A stretch of DNA of 64,000 nt from Octopus vulgaris (taxonomy: Eukaryota): positions 7,254,001 to 7,318,000 of the forward strand of contig OX597815.1 of assembly GCA_951406725.2 (NCBI GenBank). Reading direction: 5' to 3'. How positions within the stretch are numbered: position 1 is the first letter of the stretch; each line of letters begins with the position of its first letter. A program made the translations under genes and the position numbers. Positions 41,881-55,109 of this stretch are shown here, piece by piece. The notes beneath the pieces were generated by a model that was not told where the DNA came from, did no database searches, and saw only the letters and a program-made list of their open reading frames with translations.

Positions 41881-42799
41881 AAAAATGCGGCTTGGTAGTT
41901 TACAATTTAGAAAACATATATAGAAAATTATTGTTTATCATCGACTTGTGAGGATGCCGAATGGTTAAGAAATTCGTTATACATTCACTTGATTTCGGGG
42001 TCAAGAAACATCCTGGATAAGCGTCTTATGTCATTTTCTCGGGTCCCCATCTTCCTGAGGAAGATGGTGGCCCAAATAAATAGGTCTATTTTTAGCATTC
42101 GGCAGTAAAGTATCGAACGAAACTAAGAGAGAGAGAGTACTAGCTCTTGGCAGGAAGTTAAATATGGGATCTGTGGGATTCTCTGATTGACCCTAAATGG
42201 TGGTTTCCCTTTTGGGGTACATTTTTCTTTCATTAACTCTTTTATATTTACACCGTTGTTTTTTTTTATACCTGCTTCCAATTCATAGTCTTCTCTGTAA
42301 TCCTCCCCTCATCTTTGTAATCTGTCTTTGTAGTTCTCCACCATTGGTTACCCTTGTGCTGTGAAAAAAGCAATGAGCTGGTAGAATTATTAAAGCGTCG
42401 AAAAACTGCTTTGTAGTATTTCTCCCGGATTTTCACTTCTGAGTTCAAATCCACAGTAAAAATAACCAAACGCGCAACCAGGCCTTCTACTCAACTCACT
42501 GTTGCACCAGAAAGAAATAGTAAATAAAAAACAACTTAGAGATAAAATATAAGCAAAAGGAGAAATTCTTGAAGAATTAGTTCTAAAACAACCCTGAGAT
42601 AGACTTCTGGTGAAGCTTTCACTACATGAGTGTCCTGCAAAACTTTTCCTATATAAAGCAAGATTTTCTGAAAAAGATCAGACAAAGAACAATTAGAGCG
42701 GACTTTGAAAGCTCTCTTCTCTGCCAAGAATTATCCAGTCTTCAAGATAAGTGTGAATTTTCGCCTTTTCTCCGCCCCAACAAGGACCATATATAGAGT

Positions 42800-43010
42800 T
42801 TGTGGAGTAAAAATTCACAACACTTGCGGTTGGCCTGCAAAGCAAGATCTGTTGTTTACTGCCTTCAGGCCTTTACATATAGAAGCGGTAACTATTAGCA
42901 AAACCAAGATTTTGATACATATATTCACGCTTCTCGATGATTACAAAATGTAGGTTTCTTTCAGTCGCCCTGACCGAATGGGGTGGTAGTGGTGTTTCAA
43001 AAATGGTGCT
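42800..43010 (+). mobile_element. Decayed L1/Tx1-like apurinic endonuclease N-terminus
   Basis: HNTCG..KQDLLFTAFRPLHIEAVTISKTK..LLDDYK..GGSGV resembles NVRGL...DVxxISET...GGGVAVL; frameshifted. Confidence 0.35.
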
Positions 43011-43820
43011 GGTAATATTTCTGAACCCAGAGGAAAAGCCAGTGGCCTTGGACAAGTTAAGACCGGCAGCGAAAACAGTGTCTTCAGACTAGTACCGGGC
43101 AGCATAGCCGAGAGGACTTTTCCAGGCGTCTAAAAATATTCGTGAGGACGTCCCCATCATTAGTATTAGCGGGTGTGTAAAACCAACACCCCATCTCTGG
43201 TAGTTCCAACACGCCAATCTGGGTTGTATAAATCGTATTCAGGTAAAGTTTTTGTTAGTTCAGCGGATAAGGGTAGCTTAAACTATCCACAGTTTCGGCT
43301 GATGGTCTATATAGACCACAAGTCTGTTATCTGCACGGTATCTGCTATCTGCACGATAAACTGAGATAAGATACAACGATAGGAAACCAGCTACAGGAAA
43401 GTGAGCACATTGTTTCCGGTCGGACGCCTACAGCAACGGTTCTCTGACAGCGAAACGTTCATAAAAGGGAAAACTATTCGGTCGTGGTGGTAATTAAAAC
43501 ACGTCCCCCGCCACCGAATAACTGACACATCACACCCATTATTAGCATAAGCACTACGTATAATCAAGTCTTCCGCTAAACTGCTGCATAATACGTGATA
43601 TGTTGTGTGGGGGTATTTGAAATATGCGGCACAAAACGATCCGTTCTTGGTTTTGAACCTGAATTGACTTCTTTTCAAAAGAGATTAACTATTCACCCGT
43701 GAGTTCGACTGATCTGAACAATAGAGTGAGATTGTAAATATTAAATCATAAATAGTAGATTCACTTATTCGGTTCTCTACACATTTACCTGCAAACCGTC
43801 ATGGTGTATGTAATTAGCAA

Positions 43821-44605
43821 AGCGGTGAGGTGGCAGAAAGGTTAACACGCCGGGCGAAATGCTTGGCGGTATTTCGTCTGCCGTTACGTTCTGAGTTCAA
43901 ATTCCGCCGAGGTCGACTTTGCCTTTCATCCTTTCGGGGTCGATAAATTAAGTACCAGTTACGCACTGGGGTCGACGTAATCGACTTTATACCTATGTCT
44001 GTCCTTGTTTGTCCTCTCTGTGTTTAGCCCCTTGTGGGTAATAAAGAAATAGGTATTTCGTCTGCCGTTACGTTCTGAGTTCAAATTCCGCCGAGGTCGA
44101 CTTTGCCTTTCATCCTTTCGGGGTCGATAAATTAAGTACCAGTTACGCACTGGGGTCGACGTAATCGACTTAATACCTATGTCTGTCCTTGTTTGTCCTC
44201 TCTGTGTTTAGCCCCTTGTGGGTAATAAAGAAATAGGTATTTCGTCTGCCGTTACGTTCTGAGTTCAAATTCCGCCGAGGTCGACTTTGCCTTTCATCCT
44301 TTCGGGGTCGATAAATTAAGTACCAGTTACGCACTGGGGTCGACGTAATCGACTTAATACCTATGTCTGTCCTTGTTTGTCCTCTCTGTGTTTAGCCCCT
44401 TGTGGGTAATAAAGAAATAGGTATTTCGTCTGTCGTTACGTTCTGAGTTCAAATTCCGCCGAGGTCGACTTTGCCTTTCATCCTTTCGGGGTCGATTAAA
44501 TAAGTACCAGTTACGCACTGGGGTCGATGTAACCGGCTTAATCCCTTTGTCCTTCCTTGTTTGTCCCCTCTGTGTATAGCCCCTTGTGGGCAGTAAAGAA
44601 ACAGG
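43821..44605 (+). mobile_element. Group A SINE: head plus 4 tandem 184-bp bodies
   Basis: Units start at 43868, 44052, 44236 and 44420; flanking direct repeat ATGTAATTAGC at 43808-43818 and 44609-44619. Confidence 0.92.
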
Positions 44606-45555
44606 CAAATGTAATTAGCCATTTGGGGATTTTATCACCAGCTTACGACAGAATTTTAAACACTAGCAATCAGTAAAACAGCCAACTGTTAACCACAGCT
44701 CACAGATCTTGATCTTCCTTGCAGGGACTAACCGCATGAATGTCGACATACGAACGAAAGCACTATTTTAACAAGCCACGAGCCATTGACGCTTACGAGT
44801 TTACAGCTACAAGCTAGAGCAGCGGAAACGACTGCTAGGCCCCGCAAGCCATTGCAGTTTGTTCAGCATACAGTTACAAGCCATTTGTAACTTACACAAC
44901 TTTTAGTCACACTCCACTGCATCGTATGCAATTTACAGTTACAAGCCAACGCAACTTTTGCAGCTCATAGTTACGCATACTTTGACGTCCGTTGCAACAA
45001 CAGAACCTCGAATAGGATTTTTGCTTTAGCGCTTCATAATACGAGACGCGTGAATAATTAACTTGAACACTAATTTATAACTGTCAGATTCTGTAAAAGC
45101 ATGTGTATTTTTATCCTTTCCAAGCCTCTCCAAAAAAGATTCGTAATACACAACAGAGTCTAACGTATTTTCTATACTTGAATTATTTAATAGAAATTGA
45201 TTCGAGAACTTTTTGTATAACGCATAAACAGTTCAAAGTAATATCAAAACATTACTCGTAACTGATGTTTTATATAACACATAAATACCTATATCATATT
45301 AGTTTAATCTGTGGTCCTATATTATTTGCAATAAAAATTATTCTATGACTTAGGCTAGACAGTTCTAAAACACCAAAATCAGAACAGAGTATGAGATGAT
45401 AAATAAAGAGATAAATTAATAAATAAATACTTACACACACAGACATATGCATACACACACACGCGCACACACACATATGTATATGTGTGTGTGTGTGTAT
45501 GTGTGTGTGTGTGCGTGTGAGTTTGTATGTGTGTGTGAGTATATACATTCATATA

Positions 45556-46420
45556 CGTAGTCTGATCAATAAGTATCCGGGCGGTTCCTACAGTAGCGAA
45601 GCTAAAGCATGCAGTGTAAAGCCGCTTGAACTCTGCTGTGCATGCGCATTAAGTTTTAACGTTCTAGCTTACTTCTGTTGTTTATAGCAGAGCTTCGAAG
45701 GAACATGTGTAGCGTGTGATCATCGCATTGACCATGACAGAGAAAGCTGAGCAGAGAATCTACATCAAATTTTGCCAAAAGCTTGGTGATACCTGCCCAG
45801 AGGCCTACACAAAGTTTTCAAAAGGTTTCCATCGTTCTTAACACAATCAAGGAGATCTTGTGCAACTGAAACCCGAGTGTCTTTTTGGTCAGCTGAAAGC
45901 AGTTTGGGCACAAACTTGGCAGACACGCGTTTCATACCCAAATCTTCAGTGATATTGGACTGAACTGAACCCTAGCTAATTTGCTCATACACTGATAACT
46001 CACGGATGGTAATTCGACGATTTCCCCTCACAGCTGCACACATATCTGCGATGTTTTTCTCAGTTCTGCTGGTTGCGGATCTCCCAGAACGTTCGTCAAT
46101 GTTGACAGTTTTTCGGCCATACTGCAAGCGTCTGAACCACTCGTACACTTGTGTGCGGCTCATACACTCCTCTCCATACACTTTCTGCAACTTTGCGTAG
46201 ACCTCTCAGCAGGTATCGCCAAGGCAACTTTCTCTCTCATGGTCAATGCTATTCACCTTCCTTCCAAATACTGCTGTACACAGCGGAAGTGAGCTAGAAC
46301 GTTAAAACTAAGTGCGCATGCACAGCAGAGTTCAAGGTCAATTTTTGTCAAGCGGCTTTACTCTTTGTGCTTTAGCTTCGTTACTATGGCAACAGTACAG
46401 ATACTTATTGATCAGACCTC

Positions 46421-46421
<1 letters not shown>
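45556..46421. mobile_element. Mariner-derived fold-back element with about 260-bp inverted arms and a transposase HTH remnant on minus
   Basis: TA|CGTAGTCTGATCAATAAGTATCC ... GATACTTATTGATCAGACCTCG; minus strand QKVYGEECMSRTQVYEWFRR..DERSGR..RRITIREL..VSAKFVPKLLS; plus arm MTEKAEQRIYIKFCQKLG. Confidence 0.85.
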
Positions 46422-46469
<48 letters not shown>

Positions 46470-46568
46470 AACTTAAATCCAAATTTACGGGAAAAATATG
46501 TTTCGACCAATTTTAAGATTGGTCCAGAAAGCCATAAAAATTTTTATATAAATTAAATTAAATATGTA

Positions 46569-46626
<58 letters not shown>

Positions 46627-47348
46627 CGGGCGGCTTTTAAGCTAGCTCCCGTGGAGGGCTCTTCATTGGGCCTTGGGCTCAACAATGACACTTCATGCAT
46701 TGAGTACATATCAAATCTTATTAAACTTGGCCAATATTTTCCAAGCCATGAACAATTTTCATCAACACAATGATATAATTTGTCGACTTGGAATTTATTG
46801 CAAAGCTGCATGATAAACAACAATTTTTTTGTCATACCATTCCAGTGTCAGTACAATTTTTTTTCTATCTAACCTCTTTCTCTCTCGCCCACCCCTCTCT
46901 CCCTCTCTCTCTCTCTCTCTCTTTCTCTCTCTGTTGATTGCTTTCAACCATCACCATCAGCAGTACCACCACCATCACCATCGCAATTGCCATATACACA
47001 CAATTCAGACTTCTGACGCCACCACTATCAATACCTTTGACTTCGCCGCCTTCTCCTCCATCACCATCACCACTGTCTTTCACATCGCTTACTCTCACCG
47101 TCATTCCTGACCACCGCCATGCCTTGTAACGGTGCGAGTACCTTTGTATGATACCTAATTGGCGATACTGTTGTTTTTGTTGTTATTCGTGGGGTTACGG
47201 CGAACAGCAGTTGTTACATGTAGGATGGCTGTCTTAAGGATGCACGTTGGATAATGAAGCCCTGGATTCTTTGCAAAGAGCTACATATGAGAAAGACGGG
47301 ATGGTCATAGCTGATGTGTGCAGTTGAGGGTAATCTAGGGATTAACAA

Positions 47349-47765
47349 GGCGGCGAGCTGGCAGAAACGTTAGCACGCCGGGCGAAATGCTTAGCCGTAT
47401 TTCGTCTGCCGTTACGTTCTGAGTTCAAATTCCGCCGAGGTCGACTTTGCCTTTCATCCTTTCGGGGTCGATTAAATAAGTACCAGTTACGCACTGGGGT
47501 CGATGTAATCGACTTAATACCTATGTCTGTCCTTGTTTGTCCGCTTTGTGTTTAGCCCCTTGTGGGTAGTAAAGAAATAGGTATTTCGTCTGCCGCTACG
47601 TTCTGAGTTCAAATTCCACCGAGGTCGAATTTGCCTTTCATCCTTTCGGGGTCGATAAATTAAGTACCAGTTACGCCCTGGGGTCGATATAATCGACTTA
47701 ATCCGTTTGTCTGTCCTGGTTTGTCCCCCTCTGTATTTAGCCCCTTGTGGGTAGTAAAGAAATAA
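47349..47765 (+). mobile_element. Group A SINE: head plus 2 bodies
   Basis: 19-bp TSD GTAATCTAGGG(A/G)TTAACAA at 47330-47348 and 47766-47784. Confidence 0.92.
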
Positions 47766-47889
47766 GTAATCTAGGGGTTAACAATAATAACTACACTTCG
47801 GTATATTTACTAAGCTTCACCCATAACACAAAACCGCATCACATCTCGCAAAACCGCACCACACCATACGAAATTACACCACCACGCCG

Positions 47890-48092
47890 CCAATGAGGTA
47901 GCCTCCATGGAGCTACACGACCTGCTAGAAACAGTGACCCATATCTCCCTCAAATCACACTCTGCAGTCGTATGTAAGGACAAGATACATTAGATAATGT
48001 AGTTACACATTCTCCTCGAAAGATAGGATGGTCACGGTTAGAACGCCTTCGCTCAAAGGTGTGCTCTTATATGATTCACATGGAGCTAAACA
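47890..48092 (+). mobile_element. Old dispersed SINE-like repeat (CTGCTAGAAATAG..CCCTCAAATCAC..GGATGGTCA family)
   Basis: Related decayed copies at about 1130-1350, 9230-9410, 10330-10570, 33190-33760, 40740-40900 and 47220-47345. Confidence 0.55.
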
Positions 48093-48183
48093 ACTCCCCA
48101 CTCCAACGATGAACCTCTCTGCACTACACAACATTTTACTGGTATACTACAACACACTACACCCCTTACCACTACACTCCTTA

Positions 48184-48600
48184 CCTATTTCTTTAATACC
48201 TACAAGGGGCTAAACACAGAGGGGACAAACAAGGACAGACAAACGGATTAAGTCGATTATATCGACCCCAGTGCGTAACTGGTACTTATTTAATCGACCC
48301 CGAAAGGATGAAAGGCAAAGTCGACCTCGGCGGAATTTGAACTCAGAACGTAGCGGCAGACGAAATACCTATTTCTTTAATACCTACAAGGGGCTAAACA
48401 CAGAGGGGACAAACAAGGACAGACAAACGGATTAAGTCGATTATATCGACCCCAGTGCGTAACTGGTACTTATTTAATCGACCCCGAAAGGATGAAAGGC
48501 AAAGTCGACCTCGGTGGAATTTGAACTCAGAACGTAGCGGCAGACGAAATACCGCTAAGCATTTCGCCCGGCGTTGCTAACGTTTCTGCCAACTCGCCAC
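48184..48600 (-). mobile_element. Group A SINE: head plus 2 near-identical bodies
   Basis: Period 184 (48184, 48368); flanking repeat CCCCTTACCACTACAC on both sides. Confidence 0.92.
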
Positions 48601-49384
48601 CCCTTACCACTACACCTATCACCTCACGACAGCAACTACTGCTACCACCACTATCACCACCACCACTATCACCACCACCACTATCACCACCACCTCTACA
48701 TCCATCACCACATTTTCACTACATCTTTAAACACCAGACACATTAACGGCTAAGATGAATATTATTCACTGTCGAAATGGCTGTCGGAAATTACCGAACA
48801 TTACTTGGTTATTTATCAAAGAATTAGTTGAAACAACATCCTGATAGTGTCTGAGAGTTGGTGCCAGCCATATATATATTTTTTGTCATGAAGCCAGTTC
48901 TGTCTTTACCACTCCCCCCTTTACCCTGCACTCTTACACTTCCCTTCATCCCGAACCACCTCATCCGAGTCAAATCCATCGTTACAACCGTGACGCATGG
49001 ATTCACTTGCTTTGTCACATCTGACTTCTTTCTCAGTAGTAAACATCGCAGACTGAATTATGTTGGTGTGCGATGAGAAGAAGGTATGTTCTACACAAGA
49101 GACAGGGTCCCTAATTAGGGAGTAAACAGGGATATCAAGTCTTTCTTTCCAGTAAAGGTATTTTGCGAGGAAACGTTACCCATGCCGATTTTGTGAACTC
49201 GTGTCTTGAAATAAATTTTGCTGTCTCTCAGGAGGATCATTACTTCAATAATAGACACACGCATTGGTTCTATTTCACTTCTTCATTATTCGTCGATTGT
49301 TTAACTATTTAACTAATTGACTAACCGATTGTTTGGATAATTATTCAGTTAATCAATCAATCAGTTATATTTGTCCAAGTTAAG

Positions 49385-49601
49385 GGCGGTGAGCTGGCAG
49401 AAACGTTAGCACGCCGGGCGAAATGCGTAGCCGTATTTCGTCTGACGTTACGTTCCGAGTTCAAATTCCGCCGAGGTCGACTTTGCCTTTCATCCTTTCG
49501 GGATCGATTAAATAAGTACCAGTTACGCACTGGGGTCGATGTAATCGACTTAATCCCTTTGTCTGTCCTTGTTTGTCCCTCTTGTGAGTAGTAAAGAAAT
49601 A
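49385..49601 (+). mobile_element. Group A SINE monomer
   Basis: 16-bp TSD TATATTTGTCCAAGTT at 49366-49381 and 49602-49617. Confidence 0.9.
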
Positions 49602-49914
49602 TATATTTGTCCAAGTTCCGTCGTTATCATTCAGAACCTCTTTAATGACATGCTCTTTCTAGGTCAGGTCAGCTCCAGGTTTGTCTATAAAGAAGTAAAA
49701 TACAACCTGTATGTGTATGTGTGTGCGCGCATGCGCGATATTATTGGCAGAATGAGTGTCTTGAGATACACCACTACCCATTGACTCTCACTCTGCCGCG
49801 GGTTGAGCACAATTTAAAAGATATTGTTCGTATGAGGAACACTTTACTGATTAAGAACATTATGACAATAGTAAATATCATTTTCGAGTTCATTATTTTA
49901 ATTTGTGTAATTAA

Positions 49915-50250
49915 TGAGTTAAGTTAATTTTTTGGCTTAAAAAGCAAAAAGCAAGGCCATGTAGGGGGACATGGAGTTATGTAGAGGGTGGTGTTCATGT
50001 AAAGAGTTCAGGTCACTTGTGGTCAAGAGAGGCTTTGAACCGAGCGGTCGTCGGCATCTTCACCATCTCGTCCGGCAACTTATTCCACGGATCCGCAACC
50101 CGGACGGAGAAAGCCCCTCTCCTTCGATTGAGATGAAATCGTCGCAGATAGAGCTTTTCGGAATGACCCCGCAGCCTACGCTCTGGAGCAGCAGGAGTGA
50201 AGAACAGCTCTTTCGAGAGGTTACACTTTCCACTTATGATGTTGTGAGCG
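49915..50250 (-). mobile_element. CR1/L2-clade LINE 3' end (ORF2 C-terminus plus 3' UTR)
   Basis: RLRGHSEKLYLRRFHLNRRRGAFSVRVADPWNKLPDEMVKMPTTARFKASLD matches the RGH..KL..FS.RV...WN.LP...V......FK..LD signature. Confidence 0.85.
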
Positions 50251-50717
50251 AGAATGAATACCCTTTGCACAAACAATTATATGTTTTTGTTGGTCCCGGA
50301 AGTTGGCAGCCATTGCAAGGAAAATGATGCGCTGCGGATATTCAGTGATTGTGAAAGATCTCCGATGGTGTCGCCACGGCTGCCGATAAGAGCACGCACA
50401 CACACTCTCACCGTTGCAAGTCTTCAGTTCAGTTTTGAGTGAGTGAAATTTCAAGAGTCCACCCTTTTGTGTCATCTGTGAATAACTTTCATTAACACTA
50501 ATCACTTTCATTTCATTTAATTTTATATTTTCAAGAAATTACATTTTCGTCTCACTATATCAAGTATGACAACTAGCACTTAATTGTATCCCCTCTCTCT
50601 TTCTCTCTCCCTCTCTCCGTCTCTCTTTCTCTCTCTCTTTCTTCGTCTCTTTGTCTCTCTCGCCGTCTCTCTTTTCATTTCTGTCGCTCGCTCTCTCTCT
50701 CTCTCTGCATACATACA

Positions 50718-50787
<70 letters not shown>

Positions 50788-50790
50788 CTC

Positions 50791-50922
<132 letters not shown>

Positions 50923-51130
50923 CTGACTATGTGTCTGTATCTCTCTCCACCTCTCTCTTTCCCTTCCACCCCCTCTCTCTCTCTTTCTCTCTCTCTTTCC
51001 GCACACGTACGTGCGCGCGAAAAGTTGGCACAACAGCACTACAAGAAGATTTGTAAGAAAGACAAAAGCGCAAACGGACAGGTACAAACCTGATTCCGTC
51101 ATCAATTGGCAACTGGAAATAATTACAATT

Positions 51131-51188
<58 letters not shown>

Positions 51189-51513
51189 CACACGCACGTA
51201 AGGTACCAATAGCACAGCCCCTACCCACTTCTGCCCCACCTTTCTTGCCTGGATTGGCCTCACCAGCCACCTCCGGTCTCACAGCAGCAATTCCACCAAA
51301 TGATGTCAATGGTCATCTTCGAACCCGAAGGACGAACATTCATTCATATCCAAATAGTGTAGCTGTCAATATGTTCGTAAATTAGATAAATTCAGCGAAT
51401 GCCTAAGAGAGACGTAAACGTCCGTCGTGCTTATAGAATATCGCCGAGGTCGATGGAACAGGGAGCGACTGGAGACTGCTGTTTCAACTATTCTTATTAT
51501 TTTCATCATCATA

Positions 51514-51932
51514 GGCGCAAGAGTGGATGTGTGGTAAGTAGCTTGCTAACCAGCCACATGGTTCCGGGTTCACTCCCACTGCGTGACATATTGGGCAAGT
51601 GTCTTCTGCTATAGCCCCGGGCCGACCAATGCCTTGTGAGTGGATTTGGTAGACGGAAACTGAAAGAAGCCTGTCGTATATATGTATATATGTATATATA
51701 TATATATATGTGGGGGGTGGAGTTTGTGTGTCTGTATTTGTCCCCCTAGCATTGCTTGACAACCGATGCTGGTGTGTTTACGTCCCCGTCACTTAGCGGT
51801 TCGGCAAAAGAGACCGATAAAATAAGTACTGGGCTTACAAAGAATAAGTCCCGGGGTCGATTTGCTCGACTAAAGGCGGTGCTCCGGCATGGCCGCAGTC
51901 AAATGACTGAAACAAGTAAAAGAGTAAAAGAG
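51514..51932 (+). mobile_element. Group B SINE, full length
   Basis: Colinear with the other group B copies. Confidence 0.88.
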
Positions 51933-52275
51933 AATCGATTAGACTACGTTTTACTATCGCTGTGAATCTTTCCTATGAAGAACATACACTGCTGGATCGT
52001 CACTGATTTATGTAATCGAACGACCGAAAGTGTATCAAATATACATATCAATCTACCTGATAGAGTTATAGGCATAACAAAACTGCAAGGTCATGCGTTA
52101 TTTATCTTGATATGAGATGACCATGTCGCGCACATTTGGTTGTGATGCATGTGCCTGGTGTACTCTTATCAGACGGGTAATCATGTTGGGTATACTGGGC
52201 TTCGTATATTTTATTCCAGTGTCACTGTAATGGCATGTACTGTTCTCTCACTCAATAATGATGATGATGAGGATG

Positions 52276-52308
<33 letters not shown>

Positions 52309-52338
52309 TTGATGATAATGATGATGATGATGATGATA

Positions 52339-52372
<34 letters not shown>

Positions 52373-52482
52373 GTTCTCAGTTGGAGTCAGTGTCAGTTAC
52401 GTGATATATACGAGCTTAAGTTACTTTCAAGGTAGACGTTTCAAAGTCGTTGTCTTGCGGAGCTATCAGCGATAGCACAATA

Positions 52483-52864
52483 GTAGGAGCACTCCGTCGG
52501 TTACGACGATGAGGGTCCCAGCTGATACGATCAACGGAACAGCTTGCTCGTGGAATTAACGTGCAAGTGGCTGAGCATTCCACAGACACGTGTACCCTTA
52601 ACGTAGTTCTCGAGGAGATTCAGCGTGACACAGAGTGTGACAAAGTTGGTTCTTTGAAATACAGGTACAACAGAAACAGGAAGAAAGAGTGAGAGAAAGT
52701 TGTGGTGAAAGAGTACAGCAGGGTTCACCACCACCCCCTGTAGGAACCTTGTGAAGCTTTAGGTGTTTTCGCTCAATAAACACTCACAATGCCCGGTCTG
52801 GGAATCGAAACCGCGATCCTACGACCGCGAGTCCGCTGCCCTAACCACTGGGCCATTGCGCCTC
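52483..52864 (-). mobile_element. Group C SINE (head + M2 + tail Y)
   Basis: A box TGGCCCAGTGG, B-box-like GGTTTCGATTCCC; 16-bp TSD CAGCGATAGCACAATA at 52467-52482 and 52865-52880. Confidence 0.9.
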
Positions 52865-52927
52865 CAGCGATAGCACAATAAACGAACCAAAGATAATAAG
52901 ACACGAAATACCGCCACAGTATAATAG

Positions 52928-54945
52928 TGGTGACAAGAATATTACAGTGTTGACAACAACGTACAGAGGGACGAGGATCCAAATAATTTTTCACGTGGAG
53001 AAATTAAAAACTCTATATTTTTATTGCATATAATTTACGAAAAATCGGTAAAATCATGGAAACTTTGTTAGAGAGTCTAGCTGAGTTGCAAAAAACAGCA
53101 ACAACAACAACAACTCAAAGAACAACAAGAACAACAACAAATGTTAAAGCAACAAATACTACAGCTAATGAAATTGGTAACAAAACCAGAAATATTTTTC
53201 GCCAGAGCATGTAGCGAATTCAATAAATGAATTTAAATATGACCCGGAAGAAGGAGTCACCTTCGAGGCATATTACCAAAGATTTGAACAAATTTTCGAA
53301 AAAGAATGCCAAGACTGGACGGACGAAATGAAAACACGTCTAATTCTGAAGAAAACGGCGACGATAGAGCATGAGAAATACTGTGACTTTATATTGCCTA
53401 AAAGAAGTTTCTGACATAAATTTCACGGACACAATTGACATTTTATGTAAGACGTTCAATGAAAAAACATCGTTAATCAACAAACGTTGGAGGTGTTTGA
53501 ACACTGAGAAAAGCGATGATAAAGATTTTATCAATATATGCAGGTAGAGTGAACAGGGAGTACGAGAGATTTAAACTAGATAAACTAACTCCAGACTCGT
53601 TCAAGTGCCTGATTTTTGCTCAGGGACTTACTGCCAAAAAGGACGCAGAAGTCAGAACGAAAATTCTCGTAAAACTGGTTATGAACCAGGATATAACTCT
53701 CCAGAAACTGTCAGAAGAGTGCGATATGATATTAAAAGGGAGGCAGGACACAGAAGAAATCCAAAGCAGAGATTGTTTACAGATAAAAGCCAGTGTGGAA
53801 GAGTCGGAAGACGAACAACGTGTTTCACAAAAAACAGGTATACTTCGGGAGATAAAGCCATGTACGGTATGTAGTGTCCGTTCAAAAGTGCAAAGTGTTT
53901 TCGCTGTGGGAACACGGAGCATATTAAATCGCACTGCAGAACTAAGATGACGATAAATTGGACCAAACGAGAAAAAAAAAAGTTTGTCAATTGAGAAAAA
54001 AAGTTTGTACAACGAACAGAAAATTCGTCAAGGTGAAAATCGAAACCACTAATGTCAAAATGCAATTAGATACGGTTAGTGACATCACTATCATAAATGA
54101 AAAAAACATGGAGACAAATCGGTAAGCCGAAATTATTTAAACCTAATAAAGTAGCATTTGGTGTTATAGGAAAGAAATTATATTTCATCGGCGAATGTAT
54201 TTGCAATGTAAGTTTTCGAGGTGAACCGAAAAGGACAATCATTTATGTGTTGGAAAAAAAATCACTAAATCAATTTGGTACAGAATGCATAGAGTTATTT
54301 AAAACGTGGGATACCCCCATTAGTGTTCTCTGTGAAAATGTAGTCGACACGGATAAAAGTTCGAATGAAGTCGAACAACCGAGACAAAAAACTTTTTTTA
54401 ATTGTTTCCTAATTTCTGTTTTGGAAGGATTAGGCCTTTGCACTAAAACGAAAGCAAGGATCGCAGTAAAAGAAAAGGCAACATCGATTTTAGGGCCGAA
54501 CGGAGCGTGCCGTTTGCGGCGTTGAACCAGGTCAGTAAAGTGCTAGAAAGACTGGCAAGTCTAGCTATAATTGAAAAAGTCGACCATTCAGACGGGGCAG
54601 CTCCGACGGTTTAGGTAAAAAAAAAAAAAATGATAAACAAAGAGTATGTGCAGACTTTCCAATCGGATTAAATGACTGTTTACTTGAACGCAACTATCCA
54701 TTACCAAGCCCAGAAAAAGTGTTCAAAATGGAGGAAACTTTTCTCGAAGTTAGACCTCTCGGAGGTCTATCTACAAATACAGGTAGAGGACGATTGTGCA
54801 AACTTTTACACACCGTGGATGGTATAAATTGAAGCGGCTTCCTTTTGGAGTAAAAGTGACACCTGCCATATTCCAACAAGTGATGGATGCAATGTTAAAC
54901 GATTGGGGCTTCGCTATCGCTAATCTCGATGCTATTTTGATAATA
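52928..54945 (+). mobile_element. Decayed Ty3/Gypsy LTR retrotransposon: PBS-like site, gag, protease, partial RT
   Basis: TGGTGACAAG PBS-like at 52928; gag FKYDPEEGVTFEAYYQRFEQIFEKEC and FKCLIFAQGL; protease MQLDTVSDITIINEKTWRQIGKP; RT RVCADF, YPLPSPE, RLPFGVKVTPAIFQQVMDAML; many stops and frameshifts; no integrase or 3' LTR seen. Confidence 0.88.
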
Positions 54946-55109
54946 TCACTTTTAGTTCGAACATCTTGATTACGTTGATGATAAGGAGGACACACCAACC
55001 ACTGAAGCAGCAACAAAGTGTAAAACAAAAGCCAAACAGTAAAGCTCGAAGCTAATATTGAGACTGTGGCAAGAAAAACCATTTAATAGGCAATAGCTGA
55101 AAAGAGCTG

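Noticed and set aside
43868-44604. 184-bp arrays as a CRISPR array or hammerhead retrozyme
   Set aside because: No unique spacers or cas genes; no CUGANGA core on either strand; a trial HDV-like fold lacked the P1.1 GG.
49026-49090. Apparent 47-nt exon with good AG acceptor and GTATGT donor
   Set aside because: Stops in all three frames and no partner exons; only a non-coding exon is possible.
52257-52372. Poly-Asp coding stretch
   Set aside because: (GAT)n microsatellite, probably expanded from a retroelement tail.
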